Source of the DNA: Patescibacteria group bacterium
GTDB lineage: Bacteria > Patescibacteriota > Patescibacteriia > UBA9934
Length of the DNA: 64,000 nt
Assembly: GCA_041659765.1 (NCBI GenBank)
Contig: JBAZXR010000001.1
Span: 108,537-172,536, forward strand
Direction of reading: 5' to 3'
Shown: piece by piece, positions 28,401-39,718 of the stretch
Layout of the letters: each line of letters starts with the position of its first letter
Position numbering within the stretch: the first letter of the stretch is position 1
Notes under the pieces: generated by a model
Seen by the model: only the letters and a program-made list of their open reading frames with translations
What the model was told of the DNA's origin: nothing
Database searches by the model: none
Program-made: the position numbers and the translations under genes

Positions 28401-31400
28401 CCGTGGCCGCTACGGCTGAATCCGCCGATGGGGCAACTTTGGCTAGAGACGCTGAGTGGACTTTTGTGACAGCATCAACTAATACAGCTTGTTTAGTTGA
28501 TAGTGTCAGAGTGTCACCGGCCAAGGCGACTATTAACGTAAAGAACGGGACGGAAAGCTTCTCGGCCCTGCCGACGGCTGGTTGTGTGGTGCTTGACCCA
28601 GCTGGGGTTGAGTGGGATTGGGCACTGAATCCTAGTTTTGCGGCTCGTAATACAACGGCCAATCCGTCCTGTGTGGGCGGGTCTACGGCTTGTTTGACTG
28701 CTGAGGCTTTGGCCGAGGGTGTGACACCGGTCACGGCCACGGTGAGCAATACAGCGACAAACAGTTCAGCTAGTTTGACAATCGAGTTTACAGATCCGTA
28801 CGTCACCGGCGTTTGGCCTGATTGTGACGCCGCCTGCATGAACGCACAGATTGGGGCGAGCTTTAACATTCCAATGAATAAGCAGAGTCTTGAGGCCTCG
28901 GGGAACGTTCGGCTGTTTGAGTGTACAAACGAACTTTGCTCCGCTACTTCAGAGATTACGAGCCCGGACGCTAGATGTATGACGGTGACCGGTCAGTCTC
29001 CTGAGTGTACGGGCTTCGCCTTGAAGACCGTTACGCTCAACCCCGGTAAGTTTTATAAAGCACGGATTAGCGGCTCGGTTAGAAGCGTAAGCGGGGTGCC
29101 GTTGACTAGAACTAATGACGGAGGCGATTATTCTTGGGTGTTCCGCGCTCGGGAAGACGCTAGTGCTTGCGTGGTCAGCCGAGTTTCTATTTCTCCGGCC
29201 ACTGCTCTAGCCAAGGCGGTTGGTGACAAAACAACCTTTACGAGTACGGCCTTTGGCGAAGCTGATAGCTGTTCACAGTCTGGTCAGCGACTAACCGGCT
29301 TCTCTTACTCATGGACCTGGGCCAACCCGATTATTGATGAGGATCTGGATAGCAATCCGGCTACTAAAGTAGCAGAGTGGCTAGGTTCTTCACTTCGAGA
29401 CACTTCTCCTTCAGCTATTCCATCTGCCTGCTCCGCATCATGTACTCCTGGTGGCAGCGTGCCTTATGAAGCGATTTGCGGTGACGGGGTGCTTGATCTT
29501 ACAGGCGGCGAGGAATGTGAAGATGGCAACGTGGCCAATGGCGACGGTTGTTCAGCTTCTTGTTTGCATGAGGGGACTAGCGCGCCAACTTGTGGCAACG
29601 GCCTTATTGATACCGCCGAGGATTGCGATGACCGTAATCTGATTGATGGTGACGGTTGTTCAAATAGGTGTCAGTCCGAAGGTTCGCGCTCAGTTGGCGC
29701 AACCTGTGGAAATAATGATATCGCTCGTAACGCCACCACAAAAGCTGGCGAAGAATGTGATGATAGTAACGCTAAAAATGGTGATGGCTGTTCTTCCAAC
29801 TGTACCAATGAGGGGACACCGTCATTAGCGTCTATCGGCGGGGCGGTTTGCGGTGACCGCGTAGTCAACATACCGGGCGAGGGTTGCGACGATGGAAACA
29901 TTATTAACGGCGATGGTTGTTCGTCGGTTTGTTTGCATGAAGGCTCGCTTACGACTTGTGGAGTTGGCGGGGTTGACGCTGGCGAGGATTGTGATGATGG
30001 AAACGGGTTGAACGGTGACGGCTGTTCCTCCAGATGTTTGTTTGAGGGCTCTTCGGTGGCTTACTCGCTGCCATCTTTCTGTGGCGATGGCGTGGTTGGA
30101 ACGGGCGAATATCCGGCCTGCGAAGCTGGTGTAACAGGTGACGGTCGAATTGATCCTTTGCAAACCGCCATCATCAGTAGTGATGCAGCTTTTGAGGTAG
30201 ACTTGGCGACCAAGCGGGCGCACGCTACGGTTGAGGTTAAAGAAAACTCCTCTGGTCTATCTACTACCGCTGATCTTTCTTTGTCGTGCGTAGCCACCTC
30301 TGATGCCAGCTGTTCGGACCCTGCTCACAACGGCGTCGGTTCAGCTAGCTGCTGCATGCCACGGCCAACGGTGACGCTGATCCCAACCTCTGCTTCTACA
30401 ACCTGCCGTAATCCGGCCTTGTACGGTATCTTTTCTCAGAAGATGGATCTAGAATCATTTACTACTACCAACACTGACAGAGCGCTGACGGTTGAGACTG
30501 ACCACTTGTACCTGCAACTGGACTTGCCGGCTACCACTGCTCTTCCTGGAATGCCAGGTTCTGAGATTAGGTGTCCAAGTGGGTATCGCGTAGCTTTTGG
30601 TCATGATCCAAAGGGCTTCTTAGCTCGGGCAAAAAATACCATCGTTCGCTTCTTCGTTGGTGATTCAGCAGTCGCCGCGGAAGGTAAATGCTTGCTGCCG
30701 GTTACTGGCTACGAGCAGGTTGAACAGGACGATGGAACGTACAAAATTTATCTAAAATACGCTAAAGCGCTTGAGCCAAATGCGTCTTATACCCTTGTGG
30801 TTGATGGTGATCCAAATGTTCAAGATGGAGTAATAGTTGGAGTTACTTCAGTTTCAGGTGTTGGTTTGAACGGCACGGCCTCGTCTACATTTAGAACTGG
30901 CCCGAACCTATGTTCGTTAGATGAGGTCAAGGTGACCGACAACTACCGTGCGTCGCCCTACCTCTTTACGCGGGGTGATGAGGTGCATGCGTTTACGGCT
31001 GCAGGTATTTCTCATACGAATGGCCTAATTCAGGAAATCCAACCGATTCTCGGAGTCTACGATTGGGATTTTGATAAATGGAAGATTGCTGATGAGACCC
31101 TGTTTGGAGTGTCAGCTATCGGACCCAATATTCCTCATGACACTGTTGATATTAAATCCTTAGCGAAAAACGGCTCGACGAGTCTTTCAGCGCAGGCCAC
31201 TATTGGAGCAGACACGTTTGGCGGCACGACAGGCAAGAAAGTGATCGGTTCGACTGGGATAACGGCATTTTTATGTGAGAATCCTTGGCCGCCTCTACCT
31301 AAGTTCCCGTGGTCTGATGACCCGGCGGGCGAAGCTAACGGACTCGCATCGCAGGGGACTGAGGGCTGGATGAACATTTCTAGTTATTACTGTCGCGATC

Positions 31401-34400
31401 AGGGAGCGGTGGGCGTAGCTGCTGATCTGCCGACTGTTACGCCGGTTCGTCCGCCGGTAGCCGGAACTTCAAATATTATCAAGCAATACTTGTTTGAGGT
31501 GAGTGATGGTTCTGGCGACGCAATCGGCCTTCGAGTGGTGAGCAATCCGGGCTACCTCTCGCCGATGGCTTGGTATCGGGCTCAGAACTTCAAGGGCGGT
31601 CCCAAGGAGACTGTAGTGGATGGTTTTGCGGCGGTACAGGACGGCAGTACGGTGTATGTGGCTGCTCCTAACTATGCCAATGGCAAGTTCTATTCCAATA
31701 TCTACGTTTTGTCTGCCAATGAGGGGGCGAACGAAGCGACGCTAAAGATTTTTGCGAGCATGCTTGAGAATCTTAAGTTTGCGATTGACCTGAATGACGT
31801 GACTGTCTGTACTATTGGCGGATCCTTGTCGGATACAAGCTGCTCTTCGGATGATGATTGTCTGGCTCTTGGGGCTGGTGCAGTTTGTCCGTCTTTAAAG
31901 GCGAAGGTGCGCCGTGATACTCAGAGACTATCTGATTTGACGACTATCCGTTCAGCTATTACAGCCTACGGCGTGGATAATAGAGTATGTTCCATCACCA
32001 GGTCTCAGTCTTGCGCTTCAAATATTGAATGTCCGGTTGGCGAGTCCTGCGCATCAATTATTCCGGCGCTGTCTGCTGGAACCTTCGTGCGCAATTTCTC
32101 TGCTAGCCCGTGGACTAGCTGGGGCGACATGCTGGGTGGCGCGCTTGGCGCGAAGGAACTGCCAGTTGACCCGTTGAATGCCTTCACACCTAATACTTGC
32201 GGAGTAGTGGGTGGGCCATTAGCTAGTTTTGATCAGGCCAACTGCGTTGACCAGTCAAAGGGAACGTATACATGTCCGTTTGGTTCTCACGTGTACCAGT
32301 ATTTGGCGCAGGGAGACAGCTCGGTGAAACTATCGGCTAACCTTGAATTCTTTGAGGTGTGGGCTAGTCCAATTGATAATAATGGTTCGGCCGATGGAGT
32401 GGATATTACAGTTGGTAGAGCTAACGTGTCGGCTGATGGCTTTAGCACGGGGGACGTATGTTCAGGCGCGGTGCTTGGCAGTTCTGCCGTTTGCGGCGAC
32501 GGCGTAGTGGGCAGTGGCGAGGCCTGTGAACTTGGTCAGCGTGAGACTACAGTCGCCATCTGTGATGGTAATAATGATGGAATTATTGATGGTTTCAAGA
32601 CCAGGGTTTGTAATTCATCCTGTACCGCTTTTGTGGATGATCCTCAAGCCGTCTGCGTTTCACCTACTTGCGGGAATGCGGTCAAAGAGGGTTCTGAAGA
32701 GTGCGATGACGGTTCAAAAAATGGCTCGTACGGTTTCTGTGGAGCTGACTGTAGACGAGCCAGCGCCTTCTCTTGCGGAGATGGCTCTTTGGCCGGTGGC
32801 GAGAAATGTGATTGTGGCTCAAGCGGATCTCTGACTGGTCGTCGGGCTAATGGCAACGGCATCTGTCAGGTTTATAACGGCGTGTATCAGTCCAGTCCTT
32901 CAGCCTCATGTGCTTGGGATTGTTCCGGTCCAGCGCCATACTGCGGCGACAAGCATGTTGATAGCGGCGAACAATGCGATGGTACAGATGAGTTCTGGGA
33001 CGGAAAGTTGTGTTCAAGCGGCTCGCTGATTGGCCAGCCATGTACATCTGACAGTATGTGCGGAACCGCTGGCTTATGTGGCGGAACTAGCGCCTATGCG
33101 GCTTGTCCGGTCGGGGAGACGCGCACTCATGATTGTAATGACGCCGTGGGTGCTAGCTGTGCCTACTCAAATACTTGGCTAGCTGCTACCTGCGTCAGGG
33201 TAGGAACTTGCGGAGATGGTGTTGTCCAGAGCGGTCTAGAGCAGTGTGACGACGGAAATCAAAATGACACTGACGCCTGCACTCATTTGTGTAAGGTTAA
33301 CGTTTGCGGTGACGCTGCTCTTAACCCGCAGACAGAAGAATGTGACCTGGGCACGCAGAACGGCGGTTCTTGCAGCTCATCTTACGGCTCTACTTGCACC
33401 GCTTGTTCTGTGACCTGCCGCAACGTTATTTCATCCGGCGCGTTCTGTGGTGACGGCGTGAAGAATGGCACGGAGTTCTGTGATGGTTCTGACGTGCCAC
33501 TGACTTACTTCGATTCTGCCACCATGAAGGCCGGTGGGTCATGTGCTACGGACGGGGCAACGTCCAGCATTTATACCTGTCGTAGTTTAGGCGTGTGTAA
33601 CGGTGGAGCTAAGAATGGTCAGCTCTGTACAGCCGGATATATTGGTAGCACTGGTCCTGATTCCTACGCTCTTGATGTAGCTGACTGTACAGATTTAACC
33701 GGCAGTTACGAATGCGTTAAGCCGGCTTGTTCCGGTACTTGTTCTTCCTCCTGCCCGCTAACCTTTGCTAGTACCAGCTTGCTCATGACAGCTAATCAGC
33801 CAGGTTCGCGCCCAAGCCCAAGTGTCGATCTCTACTCGTACAACACGAGCTCTACCTCAACTCTGCCCAACGCGGCTACTATTACGGTTCCTGCTTGTAC
33901 GGTATTGCCCTCGGTTTCCGCGAACATCCGTTACGCCGAGAACTATGAACCACCGCAGGTGTACGTGATGTTCATCACTGATCTTTCGCAAACGATGAAA
34001 TACCGGGTCCGTGACGATGTTCTTCCTGGTTCAGGCGAAAAATCTCGGTTGGCTGTGGCGCAGGCTTCCATGGACTCAGCAACTGCAAGTTTGTATGAGA
34101 AGTTTGGTGCTAACGTGCATATCGGTTCGATCGGCTTCAAAGGTTTGGCGCAAGGAACTTGCTACAATAAAACCAACACATCCTGCACGGCGGGGACGGC
34201 TGCGGGCGATACTACTTGTTCAAACTTAACTCCGGGTGACTTCTGCTTGGACAAAACATCTCAGATTTCTGCTTCAACTATTACCTATCCGTTCGGTGAT
34301 ATCTATAGCTATAAGCTTGCTGATAGCACGGGGGCGTATTCGTTCGCTGATCAGCCGCAGATGTCTTCGCTAGTTTCGGCTATTGACTCAATGTTCGTTG

Positions 34401-35020
34401 ACAAAACGGGACCAACTGGTTGTACATCTAGTCCTTGTCAGTCAACAAATATCCATGGGACGAGAACTTATGAAGGTTTGGTTGAAGCTCGTCAGATGTT
34501 TAAGAAGATTAATGATTTGTCGACCACGGATAAGACTAATACCCGGTACATCGGGATCCTGCTATCTGATGGCGAGTATACGAACACAGACCCGCTCATT
34601 GAAGCAGCTGCATGGAAGGATAAATACGAGCTTTATACGGCCACAATCGGCAATGATTCGGCGTTCATTGCGCAGATGAACAGGTGGTCGACGAATAGTT
34701 GGGATGGAACTACGGCCAACACGAGTTCTGACACGTACAATGGCGTTGATTATTCCTTTACGGCATCAACGGATACGCAATTAACGGGCATTTATAGCCA
34801 GATAGTTAATACGATCCAAAATATTAGCGTTAAACTGGTTGTTGATAGTGGAGCTGCCTCGACTAGCGTGAATACTGGAAACGGAATCTCGCTCGTTTTG
34901 CCGCAAGGCTTTGCCTGCGACAAGCTTCACTCACAGAACGTGCCTATTCAGGTGACCTTTGCAGGCAAGGGGCAAATGACTATTAGTGACGTGCGTGTAA
35001 ATTATTGTGCGGCTCCATAG
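25478..35020 (+). CDS. Giant surface protein (3180 aa): T4SS-pilin anchor, Big_5/IPT-TIG Ig domains, Myxococcus-type Cys-rich repeats (DUF4215-like), C-terminal vWA-like domain
   Basis: [21 protein letters not shown]; ISGNSFG/LTGSGFG/SWS IPT motifs; many CGDG...ECDDGN..NGDGCS..C repeats; ITDLSQTM and LLSDG. Confidence 0.85.
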   Translation: MNINRLKHLVVGLLVATSSALPLALPMIASAQTDTVTSGLETVGTATGLGNEDPRIIVARIIRVVISSLGVIAVVIVLYGGFVWMTSAGNEEKVSKAKKILLSGGIGLMIILMSWSITTFIISSLLSATGGGGGGSGGAGDGVGGTSLGGGSGSGFVVTGIVPKGEVTIRNVQVRVTFSKNVDPASIANAFTVKNTLTGAVIAGTPSVSGNTITFKPSTPCSDAAPAPLCFDASTQFTVTMTTAIKSTSAVALTCPTSRPCAGSFTTGTIVDEVPPTALITDPDAGQRVPANSFQNVQVVGTDDVGVASATFLAGTVSFDEVPATGADLTSVTISADWDTSNEDAGNSVKLSSTITDLAGNTAEDSVGVLLAPASCQNNVLDSGSGETGIDCGGDPTSANYCGACDGSACTSSTDCQSGSCVSGVCRATTVIRAVSPLSGAPGTYVTISGNSFGATPGKVLFVGPGAPVEAVLAPCADGWTDRQVVVMVPPGPAGTGPITIVRANAVDDFDKDLTNDNRGPLIANFVVNTVAHPNLCGLSATSAKAGDSLTLTGSGFGASRGTSVVAFGSNRPASTYSSWSDSSAQVVVPVVASRDGSYAVHVVSDAGISSNSISLRFTSAASSGGSTTSGGTTTPGGVTTPGGTTTPGGTTTPGGTTTPGGSAASALVPSLVSIDPGQGGIGRYVSLTGTNFGSAKGIVKFTNTATGDTAVASLDVSAACGAENPWGNTLIRFVVPGTYTNGTAIAVAAHTVSITSASGQISNTVPFTIIADDTRPNVCGIVPATGQAGDTIKIVGDRFGSTNGAVTFSSSVTSVITSWSNTEVKVTVPASAQSGSVTLANAAGVKGNNVYFSVASPTSSAGAVGGGYAWSFSSGSIPKVPSLVTECSASVVSAVPNNRFTDSVCTNAVVYAEFTQPMNQATVQGAVKVDRCTGEGSNPCSSVMAVTGQTLTTLKSFTFTPSTPLAISSTYRVTVAATAESADGATLARDAEWTFVTASTNTACLVDSVRVSPAKATINVKNGTESFSALPTAGCVVLDPAGVEWDWALNPSFAARNTTANPSCVGGSTACLTAEALAEGVTPVTATVSNTATNSSASLTIEFTDPYVTGVWPDCDAACMNAQIGASFNIPMNKQSLEASGNVRLFECTNELCSATSEITSPDARCMTVTGQSPECTGFALKTVTLNPGKFYKARISGSVRSVSGVPLTRTNDGGDYSWVFRAREDASACVVSRVSISPATALAKAVGDKTTFTSTAFGEADSCSQSGQRLTGFSYSWTWANPIIDEDLDSNPATKVAEWLGSSLRDTSPSAIPSACSASCTPGGSVPYEAICGDGVLDLTGGEECEDGNVANGDGCSASCLHEGTSAPTCGNGLIDTAEDCDDRNLIDGDGCSNRCQSEGSRSVGATCGNNDIARNATTKAGEECDDSNAKNGDGCSSNCTNEGTPSLASIGGAVCGDRVVNIPGEGCDDGNIINGDGCSSVCLHEGSLTTCGVGGVDAGEDCDDGNGLNGDGCSSRCLFEGSSVAYSLPSFCGDGVVGTGEYPACEAGVTGDGRIDPLQTAIISSDAAFEVDLATKRAHATVEVKENSSGLSTTADLSLSCVATSDASCSDPAHNGVGSASCCMPRPTVTLIPTSASTTCRNPALYGIFSQKMDLESFTTTNTDRALTVETDHLYLQLDLPATTALPGMPGSEIRCPSGYRVAFGHDPKGFLARAKNTIVRFFVGDSAVAAEGKCLLPVTGYEQVEQDDGTYKIYLKYAKALEPNASYTLVVDGDPNVQDGVIVGVTSVSGVGLNGTASSTFRTGPNLCSLDEVKVTDNYRASPYLFTRGDEVHAFTAAGISHTNGLIQEIQPILGVYDWDFDKWKIADETLFGVSAIGPNIPHDTVDIKSLAKNGSTSLSAQATIGADTFGGTTGKKVIGSTGITAFLCENPWPPLPKFPWSDDPAGEANGLASQGTEGWMNISSYYCRDQGAVGVAADLPTVTPVRPPVAGTSNIIKQYLFEVSDGSGDAIGLRVVSNPGYLSPMAWYRAQNFKGGPKETVVDGFAAVQDGSTVYVAAPNYANGKFYSNIYVLSANEGANEATLKIFASMLENLKFAIDLNDVTVCTIGGSLSDTSCSSDDDCLALGAGAVCPSLKAKVRRDTQRLSDLTTIRSAITAYGVDNRVCSITRSQSCASNIECPVGESCASIIPALSAGTFVRNFSASPWTSWGDMLGGALGAKELPVDPLNAFTPNTCGVVGGPLASFDQANCVDQSKGTYTCPFGSHVYQYLAQGDSSVKLSANLEFFEVWASPIDNNGSADGVDITVGRANVSADGFSTGDVCSGAVLGSSAVCGDGVVGSGEACELGQRETTVAICDGNNDGIIDGFKTRVCNSSCTAFVDDPQAVCVSPTCGNAVKEGSEECDDGSKNGSYGFCGADCRRASAFSCGDGSLAGGEKCDCGSSGSLTGRRANGNGICQVYNGVYQSSPSASCAWDCSGPAPYCGDKHVDSGEQCDGTDEFWDGKLCSSGSLIGQPCTSDSMCGTAGLCGGTSAYAACPVGETRTHDCNDAVGASCAYSNTWLAATCVRVGTCGDGVVQSGLEQCDDGNQNDTDACTHLCKVNVCGDAALNPQTEECDLGTQNGGSCSSSYGSTCTACSVTCRNVISSGAFCGDGVKNGTEFCDGSDVPLTYFDSATMKAGGSCATDGATSSIYTCRSLGVCNGGAKNGQLCTAGYIGSTGPDSYALDVADCTDLTGSYECVKPACSGTCSSSCPLTFASTSLLMTANQPGSRPSPSVDLYSYNTSSTSTLPNAATITVPACTVLPSVSANIRYAENYEPPQVYVMFITDLSQTMKYRVRDDVLPGSGEKSRLAVAQASMDSATASLYEKFGANVHIGSIGFKGLAQGTCYNKTNTSCTAGTAAGDTTCSNLTPGDFCLDKTSQISASTITYPFGDIYSYKLADSTGAYSFADQPQMSSLVSAIDSMFVDKTGPTGCTSSPCQSTNIHGTRTYEGLVEARQMFKKINDLSTTDKTNTRYIGILLSDGEYTNTDPLIEAAAWKDKYELYTATIGNDSAFIAQMNRWSTNSWDGTTANTSSDTYNGVDYSFTASTDTQLTGIYSQIVNTIQNISVKLVVDSGAASTSVNTGNGISLVLPQGFACDKLHSQNVPIQVTFAGKGQMTISDVRVNYCAAP
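27350..27457 (+). repeat. 18-bp coding tandem repeat (GG[T/S/V]TT[P/S] x6)
   Basis: Six units encoding a GGTTTP-like linker. Confidence 0.85.
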
Positions 35021-35021
35021 T

Positions 35022-35900
35022 ATGGAAGACCTAGAGACCCAACAACCGCCAGTTGCCCAGCCAACGGTAGCTACTACCGCGCCGGTCTTTTATTCGCTCG
35101 CTCCAGAAGAAGCCCCAAGACCGACTCCGTGGTACAGGAAGCGTCAGCTGGTGGTGATGGCGGTTTCGTTCGCGGTTGCCCTTTTTGTGATCGGAGGGGT
35201 GGTGATCTTTGCGTCTAATTGGTTCGCTCAAAAAAATGCCCCGGCTAAAATAGCGGCTGAGGAAGCTTCCTCTATGTTGGCTGATAAAGTGTCGGCTTGT
35301 GATCAGGCGCTGGATCCAGAGACATGCAAAAACGGAGCCGGGATGCAGGTGGCGAACGCTACGGGTACGGCTGAGGTTTGTAACGGTTTGACGGGGGAGC
35401 TGCTTGATTCTTGCGTGTCCTTGGCCGCTCGGGCTGCGGCGAGCATCTCTGCCTGCGGTAAGCTAGATGGAGCTGCTAAGACGGCTTGTGAAGACGGTGC
35501 TTATAACGCTGAGGCTCAGACAAAGAATGATTTGACCTTGTGTGCCAAGATTGTAGACCAGGCTTTGGCTCTCGGTTGCGGATCTCGTGTGACGGAGGCA
35601 GCTTTGGCGAATAACTCCTGTGTTGCATCACACGTTGACCCGGTTCTTTGTTCCGATAGGCAGAGTTTATTAACAGCTATGAATTCTGGATTAGAGAGCG
35701 CCTGCACGGCACTATCTGATGAAGAAGCGAGGATAGATTGCATAAACGGTATCCATTCACTTGATGTAGACGGCGATGGTCTATCCGTTTTTGACGAAGT
35801 AAATACCCACCACACAGATCCTGTAAAACCGGACACTGATGGAGACGGGTATACTGATGGAGACGAGGTATCCACCGGACATGATCCTTTAAAGAAATAA
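35022..35900 (+). CDS. Single-TM protein with Cys-rich helical repeats and DxDxDG calcium-binding repeats
   Basis: TM segment; C-x9..10-C repeats; DVDGDGLS..DE..TDP..PDTDGDGY.DG.E. Confidence 0.8.
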   Translation: MEDLETQQPPVAQPTVATTAPVFYSLAPEEAPRPTPWYRKRQLVVMAVSFAVALFVIGGVVIFASNWFAQKNAPAKIAAEEASSMLADKVSACDQALDPETCKNGAGMQVANATGTAEVCNGLTGELLDSCVSLAARAAASISACGKLDGAAKTACEDGAYNAEAQTKNDLTLCAKIVDQALALGCGSRVTEAALANNSCVASHVDPVLCSDRQSLLTAMNSGLESACTALSDEEARIDCINGIHSLDVDGDGLSVFDEVNTHHTDPVKPDTDGDGYTDGDEVSTGHDPLKK

Positions 35901-35901
35901 T

Positions 35902-36549
35902 ATGTTTGACCAAGAACCTCAGGATATCTTTGCTGGAACGGATAAAGCTCCGGCGCCAGTTCAACCGCCAAGCGCAGTAGAGCGCGCTTCGGTTAATGCG
36001 TCACCAAGGCCGGCCCCAGCTATGGCTCCTGCTCCGGTTATGTCTGCTCCAAGGCAGCCTATGGAACCTTCGCCAACCTCTCATTTAATGAGAAATTTGG
36101 TGATCATCGTGATCGTAATTGCGGCTGTAGGCGGAGGAGCATACTTGGCTTATGCGCTTATGATTAAGCCGATCATGAATGCTAGCGTAGCGCCGGTGAT
36201 TCCGTCGGCCGTTAAGACTCCGGTTGTGCCAGCGGAGGAGACGCCACTCGCACCAGTTGAAACTCCGGTGGAGACTCCAGTGGCGGCTCCAGCCGAGCTA
36301 AACCCAAATTTCCTTGATAGTGATGGTGACGGTTTAAATAACGCCGCTGAACTTGAGGCGGGAACTTCGTCAACCAATCCTGACACTGACGGTGATGGTT
36401 TGGGAGATAGAGAAGAGGTGAGGGTTTATGGAACTGACCCTAATCGTACTGACACTGATGGCGATGGCTTCCTCGATGGGGCCGAAGTTCAGGGCGGTTA
36501 TAATCCGAACGGACCAGGCAAGCTCATGCAGATTCCAACCACCCCATAA
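35902..36549 (+). CDS. Pro-rich single-TM protein with DxDxDG (TSP3-like) repeats
   Basis: DSDGDGL, DTDGDGL, DTDGDGF..G.EV..GYNPNG. Confidence 0.8.
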   Translation: MFDQEPQDIFAGTDKAPAPVQPPSAVERASVNASPRPAPAMAPAPVMSAPRQPMEPSPTSHLMRNLVIIVIVIAAVGGGAYLAYALMIKPIMNASVAPVIPSAVKTPVVPAEETPLAPVETPVETPVAAPAELNPNFLDSDGDGLNNAAELEAGTSSTNPDTDGDGLGDREEVRVYGTDPNRTDTDGDGFLDGAEVQGGYNPNGPGKLMQIPTTP

Positions 36550-36552
36550 ATT

Positions 36553-37536
36553 ATGTTCGGATCTAAGGAGGCTCAACCGGTGACTCCAGCGGTGCCGGCA
36601 GTTAAAACTGACGACATGATTATTCATGTCATGCCCAAGGATTTTGCGGGAAAGCCGGCGTCTGCGGCAAGCGCGGGGTTGCAAACCCCGCCTTCTCAGG
36701 CGCCGATTCCGGCCCCGCAGCCTATGCCCGCACCAAAGCCGGTGGCAGCTCCCGCCCCGGCTGCACCAAAGCCGGCCGTGATTCCGCCTCCTAGGCGGAA
36801 GTTTGGCTTTGTTATCTTCCTGTTTGTTTTTCTTTTTGTCCTGTCACTTGGGGCTGCCGGAACCGTTTACTATCTCTATTTTATGCCGGTCGCGCCGTCT
36901 GAGAACGCGGGGTTAGTAACCCCGCCTTTACCGGCGCCTATTCCTGAACCCACCCCAATTCCGGTCGCGACGGAACCTGAGCCAGGCAAGGACACGGACT
37001 CAGACGGGCTGACTGATGTTGAAGAATTGCTATACGGAACTGATTACCGCAATCCAGACACTGACGGCGATACCTTCCTGGATGGCAACGAAGTCTTCCA
37101 CCGCTATAACCCGAACGGCCCGGCGCCGTTGACGCTCCTTGATACTGGCGCGGTGCGGGTGTTCGAATCGCCTGACATGCCGTTTACTATTTATTATCCG
37201 TCGGCTTGGACTCCGGTGGCTGACCCTATTGAAAAGAAGGTCACGTTCCGATCGCCCTCAACCGCGTCCGTGCTCATTACGGTTGAACTCAAAGATGCGA
37301 CCGCTAGCCTGGAAGGTTGGTATCAACAGAACGTACCAGACGAAAGCTCGCAGAAGCTTGAGGCGACATATACGTCTGAGGGCCTGCTCGCGCTGGCTCG
37401 TCGAGACCAGAGAATCGCGTATATTGATGGTGGTAGTAACGTCTTCACGCTCACTTATGACCTTGGAGATGAAAAAACCATTGAATTCCTATCTACCTTC
37501 CAGATGATGCTCAATGGTTTAAATCTTCTCCCATGA
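36553..37536 (+). CDS. Pro-rich single-TM protein with DxDxDG repeats and PsbP-like C-terminal domain
   Basis: DTDSDGL, DTDGD; FTIYYPSAW and F..ML..L motifs typical of the PsbP-like fold. Confidence 0.75.
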   Translation: MFGSKEAQPVTPAVPAVKTDDMIIHVMPKDFAGKPASAASAGLQTPPSQAPIPAPQPMPAPKPVAAPAPAAPKPAVIPPPRRKFGFVIFLFVFLFVLSLGAAGTVYYLYFMPVAPSENAGLVTPPLPAPIPEPTPIPVATEPEPGKDTDSDGLTDVEELLYGTDYRNPDTDGDTFLDGNEVFHRYNPNGPAPLTLLDTGAVRVFESPDMPFTIYYPSAWTPVADPIEKKVTFRSPSTASVLITVELKDATASLEGWYQQNVPDESSQKLEATYTSEGLLALARRDQRIAYIDGGSNVFTLTYDLGDEKTIEFLSTFQMMLNGLNLLP

Positions 37537-37958
37537 TTACTTTCGACGTCGAGCAAGAGTCTATCCCGAAGGGGAGCCGATTCTCTGGAGCGAGACTTAA
37601 GAAGATCGCCGGCGAGTTTGACGTTGCTCTGCGGAAGAAAGTAACCGGCATTGTTTCCTTGAGTTTTGTCGACGACCTAGAAATTCGTCGGCTTAACCGC
37701 ATGTACCGCAAGAAGGACAAGGTAACCGATGTTTTATCGTTTGGTTCCCCAGATGGCGATCGATCCGGGTATCTCGGTGACGTGATCATTTCGTACGAGC
37801 AGGCGGTGCGGCAGGCCGAAGACGAAGACCTCGAGCTTGAGCTGACTGATCTTCTCGTTCACGGCATCCTTCATGTGCTTGGTTACGACCACGAAAAGGC
37901 GGAAGATGCGGATGAGATGTTTCCTCTTCAGGATAAAATTGTGGCCGAAGTCCTATGA
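37533..37958 (+). CDS. ybeY: Endoribonuclease YbeY
   Basis: LN..YR.KD..TDVLSF, LGDVIIS, HGILHVLGYDH. Confidence 0.96.
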   Translation: MITFDVEQESIPKGSRFSGARLKKIAGEFDVALRKKVTGIVSLSFVDDLEIRRLNRMYRKKDKVTDVLSFGSPDGDRSGYLGDVIISYEQAVRQAEDEDLELELTDLLVHGILHVLGYDHEKAEDADEMFPLQDKIVAEVL

Positions 37959-38347
37959 TTTCTTTGCGAGCATTTTTCAAAAGTTTCCACCATGCTCTTC
38001 GCGGTCTCGCCGAATTATTTAAGACCGAACAAAGTTTTCGCCTTCAGGTGCTGGCGACAATTATCGTTGGCGGTCTCTTGATTGGGCTTGATCTCGCCGC
38101 TTGGCAAAGAATTCTGCTTATTTTGTTATGTTCCGCCGTCTTGATTCTCGAAATAATCAACAGCATCATCGAACGGGTCGCTGATGCAGTCCAGCCTCGG
38201 TTGAGTCCGATGGTGAAGGATGTTAAGGACATGATGGCGGGCGCAGTTCTTTTGACGGCGCTAACCGCGCTCGTGGTCGGGACGGCGATTTTGTACCTCC
38301 CGGTATGGGAAAAGGTCTGTGCTATAATTCAGTACTGTAAGCCCTAA
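37955..38347 (+). CDS. dgkA: Diacylglycerol/undecaprenol kinase
   Basis: SF.HA.RGL, EIINS.IE...D, KDMMAGAV. Confidence 0.9.
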   Translation: MISLRAFFKSFHHALRGLAELFKTEQSFRLQVLATIIVGGLLIGLDLAAWQRILLILLCSAVLILEIINSIIERVADAVQPRLSPMVKDVKDMMAGAVLLTALTALVVGTAILYLPVWEKVCAIIQYCKP

Positions 38348-38375
38348 ACTTCTCTTGATTGCTCCTTTTTTGGCT

Positions 38376-39635
38376 ATGGCCGATGAGATTATCACGGGCT
38401 TGGACATTGGAACCTCCTCCATTCGTATTGCTATTTGCAAGGTTTCGCCAGGGGAAGATGGTAAACCGGCCCTCCATGTGATTGGGGCGGTTTCTTCACC
38501 GTCTGCAGGTATGCATCGCGGAGCAGTCTCCAGTATGGAGGATGCAGTTTCGGCGGTGTCTAAAGCCCTTGAGAAATCTGAACGCATGACAGGAATCGGC
38601 GTGAACACCGTTTGGGCGAGCATTGCCGGGCAGAGCATTTTGGTTCAGGAGAGCCGTGGCGCCGTGGCGGTTGCACGTCCCGAGGGCGAGATTTCTGAGG
38701 GGGATGTGGAGCGATCTATGGAAGCAGCTCGTACAGTAGCTGTTCCTTCGAATTATGAAATTCTCCATGTTATTCCGAAGGGCTTTGCCGTTGATGGGCA
38801 GCGTGGGATCAAGGACCCAGTAGGGATGTCCGGCATTCGGCTAGAGGTCGATGCAGTGATCATCGAGGCGCTCAATTCGCACATGAAGAATCTGACTAAG
38901 TGTGTTTATCGCACGGGTCTTGATATTGAAGATTTGGTCTACGCTCCACTTGCGACCGCGGAAGCCGTGCTTACGCAGCGGCAAAAGGAGCTTGGCGTGT
39001 GCCTGGTGACGGTGGGTTCAGCCACGACGTCTCTGGCTGTGTTTGAGGAGGGCGATCTGTTGCATACCGCTGTGCTTCCGCTCGGCGGTGACCACGTGAC
39101 GAATGATATTGCTATCGGCTTGCGTACCTCCATTGATATTGCTGAGCAGGTTAAGATAGCTTATGGCCACGCCGTGCCAGACGCTGTAGATAAAAAAGAC
39201 CAGTTTATTCTGCGTGACTTTGGAGCTGAGGCTGATGATGAAGTGAAGCGCCGATTTGTCGCAGAAATCATGGAAGCTAGAATGGAGGAGATCTTTGAGG
39301 CGATTGATAATGAACTTAGAAAGATTGATCGTTCGGGAATGCTTCCTGTCGGTGTTGTCTTTACCGGGGGAGCTATGAAGACTCCAGGTGCAATTGAAGT
39401 AGCGAAACGCGTACTCCGGCTGCCGTGCGCTGTAGGCGCTCCGGTCGGCGTTACGAGTGTTATCGACGAGGTTCAGGATCCTGCCTTTGCCACGGCTATC
39501 GGTCTGGCTGCTTGGGGTTTTGGTATCAGGCAGGTTTCGGGCAGTAAGTTTAACTTTGGAAAAATGATCCCGCTCAAGTCAATGGACAAAGTGGCCGACC
39601 AATTGCGAAAGTGGATGAAATCCTTGATTCCTTAG
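38376..39635 (+). CDS. ftsA: Cell division protein FtsA
   Basis: GLDIGTS, DPVGMSG.RLE, GG..VT.DI, TGG, PAFATAIGL. Confidence 0.96.
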   Translation: MADEIITGLDIGTSSIRIAICKVSPGEDGKPALHVIGAVSSPSAGMHRGAVSSMEDAVSAVSKALEKSERMTGIGVNTVWASIAGQSILVQESRGAVAVARPEGEISEGDVERSMEAARTVAVPSNYEILHVIPKGFAVDGQRGIKDPVGMSGIRLEVDAVIIEALNSHMKNLTKCVYRTGLDIEDLVYAPLATAEAVLTQRQKELGVCLVTVGSATTSLAVFEEGDLLHTAVLPLGGDHVTNDIAIGLRTSIDIAEQVKIAYGHAVPDAVDKKDQFILRDFGAEADDEVKRRFVAEIMEARMEEIFEAIDNELRKIDRSGMLPVGVVFTGGAMKTPGAIEVAKRVLRLPCAVGAPVGVTSVIDEVQDPAFATAIGLAAWGFGIRQVSGSKFNFGKMIPLKSMDKVADQLRKWMKSLIP

Positions 39636-39718
39636 ATGGTGTACTATACGGTAGGGTACGAAACGTACTCATAGAAACAGAGGACTGAACACACTTGGTG
39701 TTCAACATCTACTGCCGT

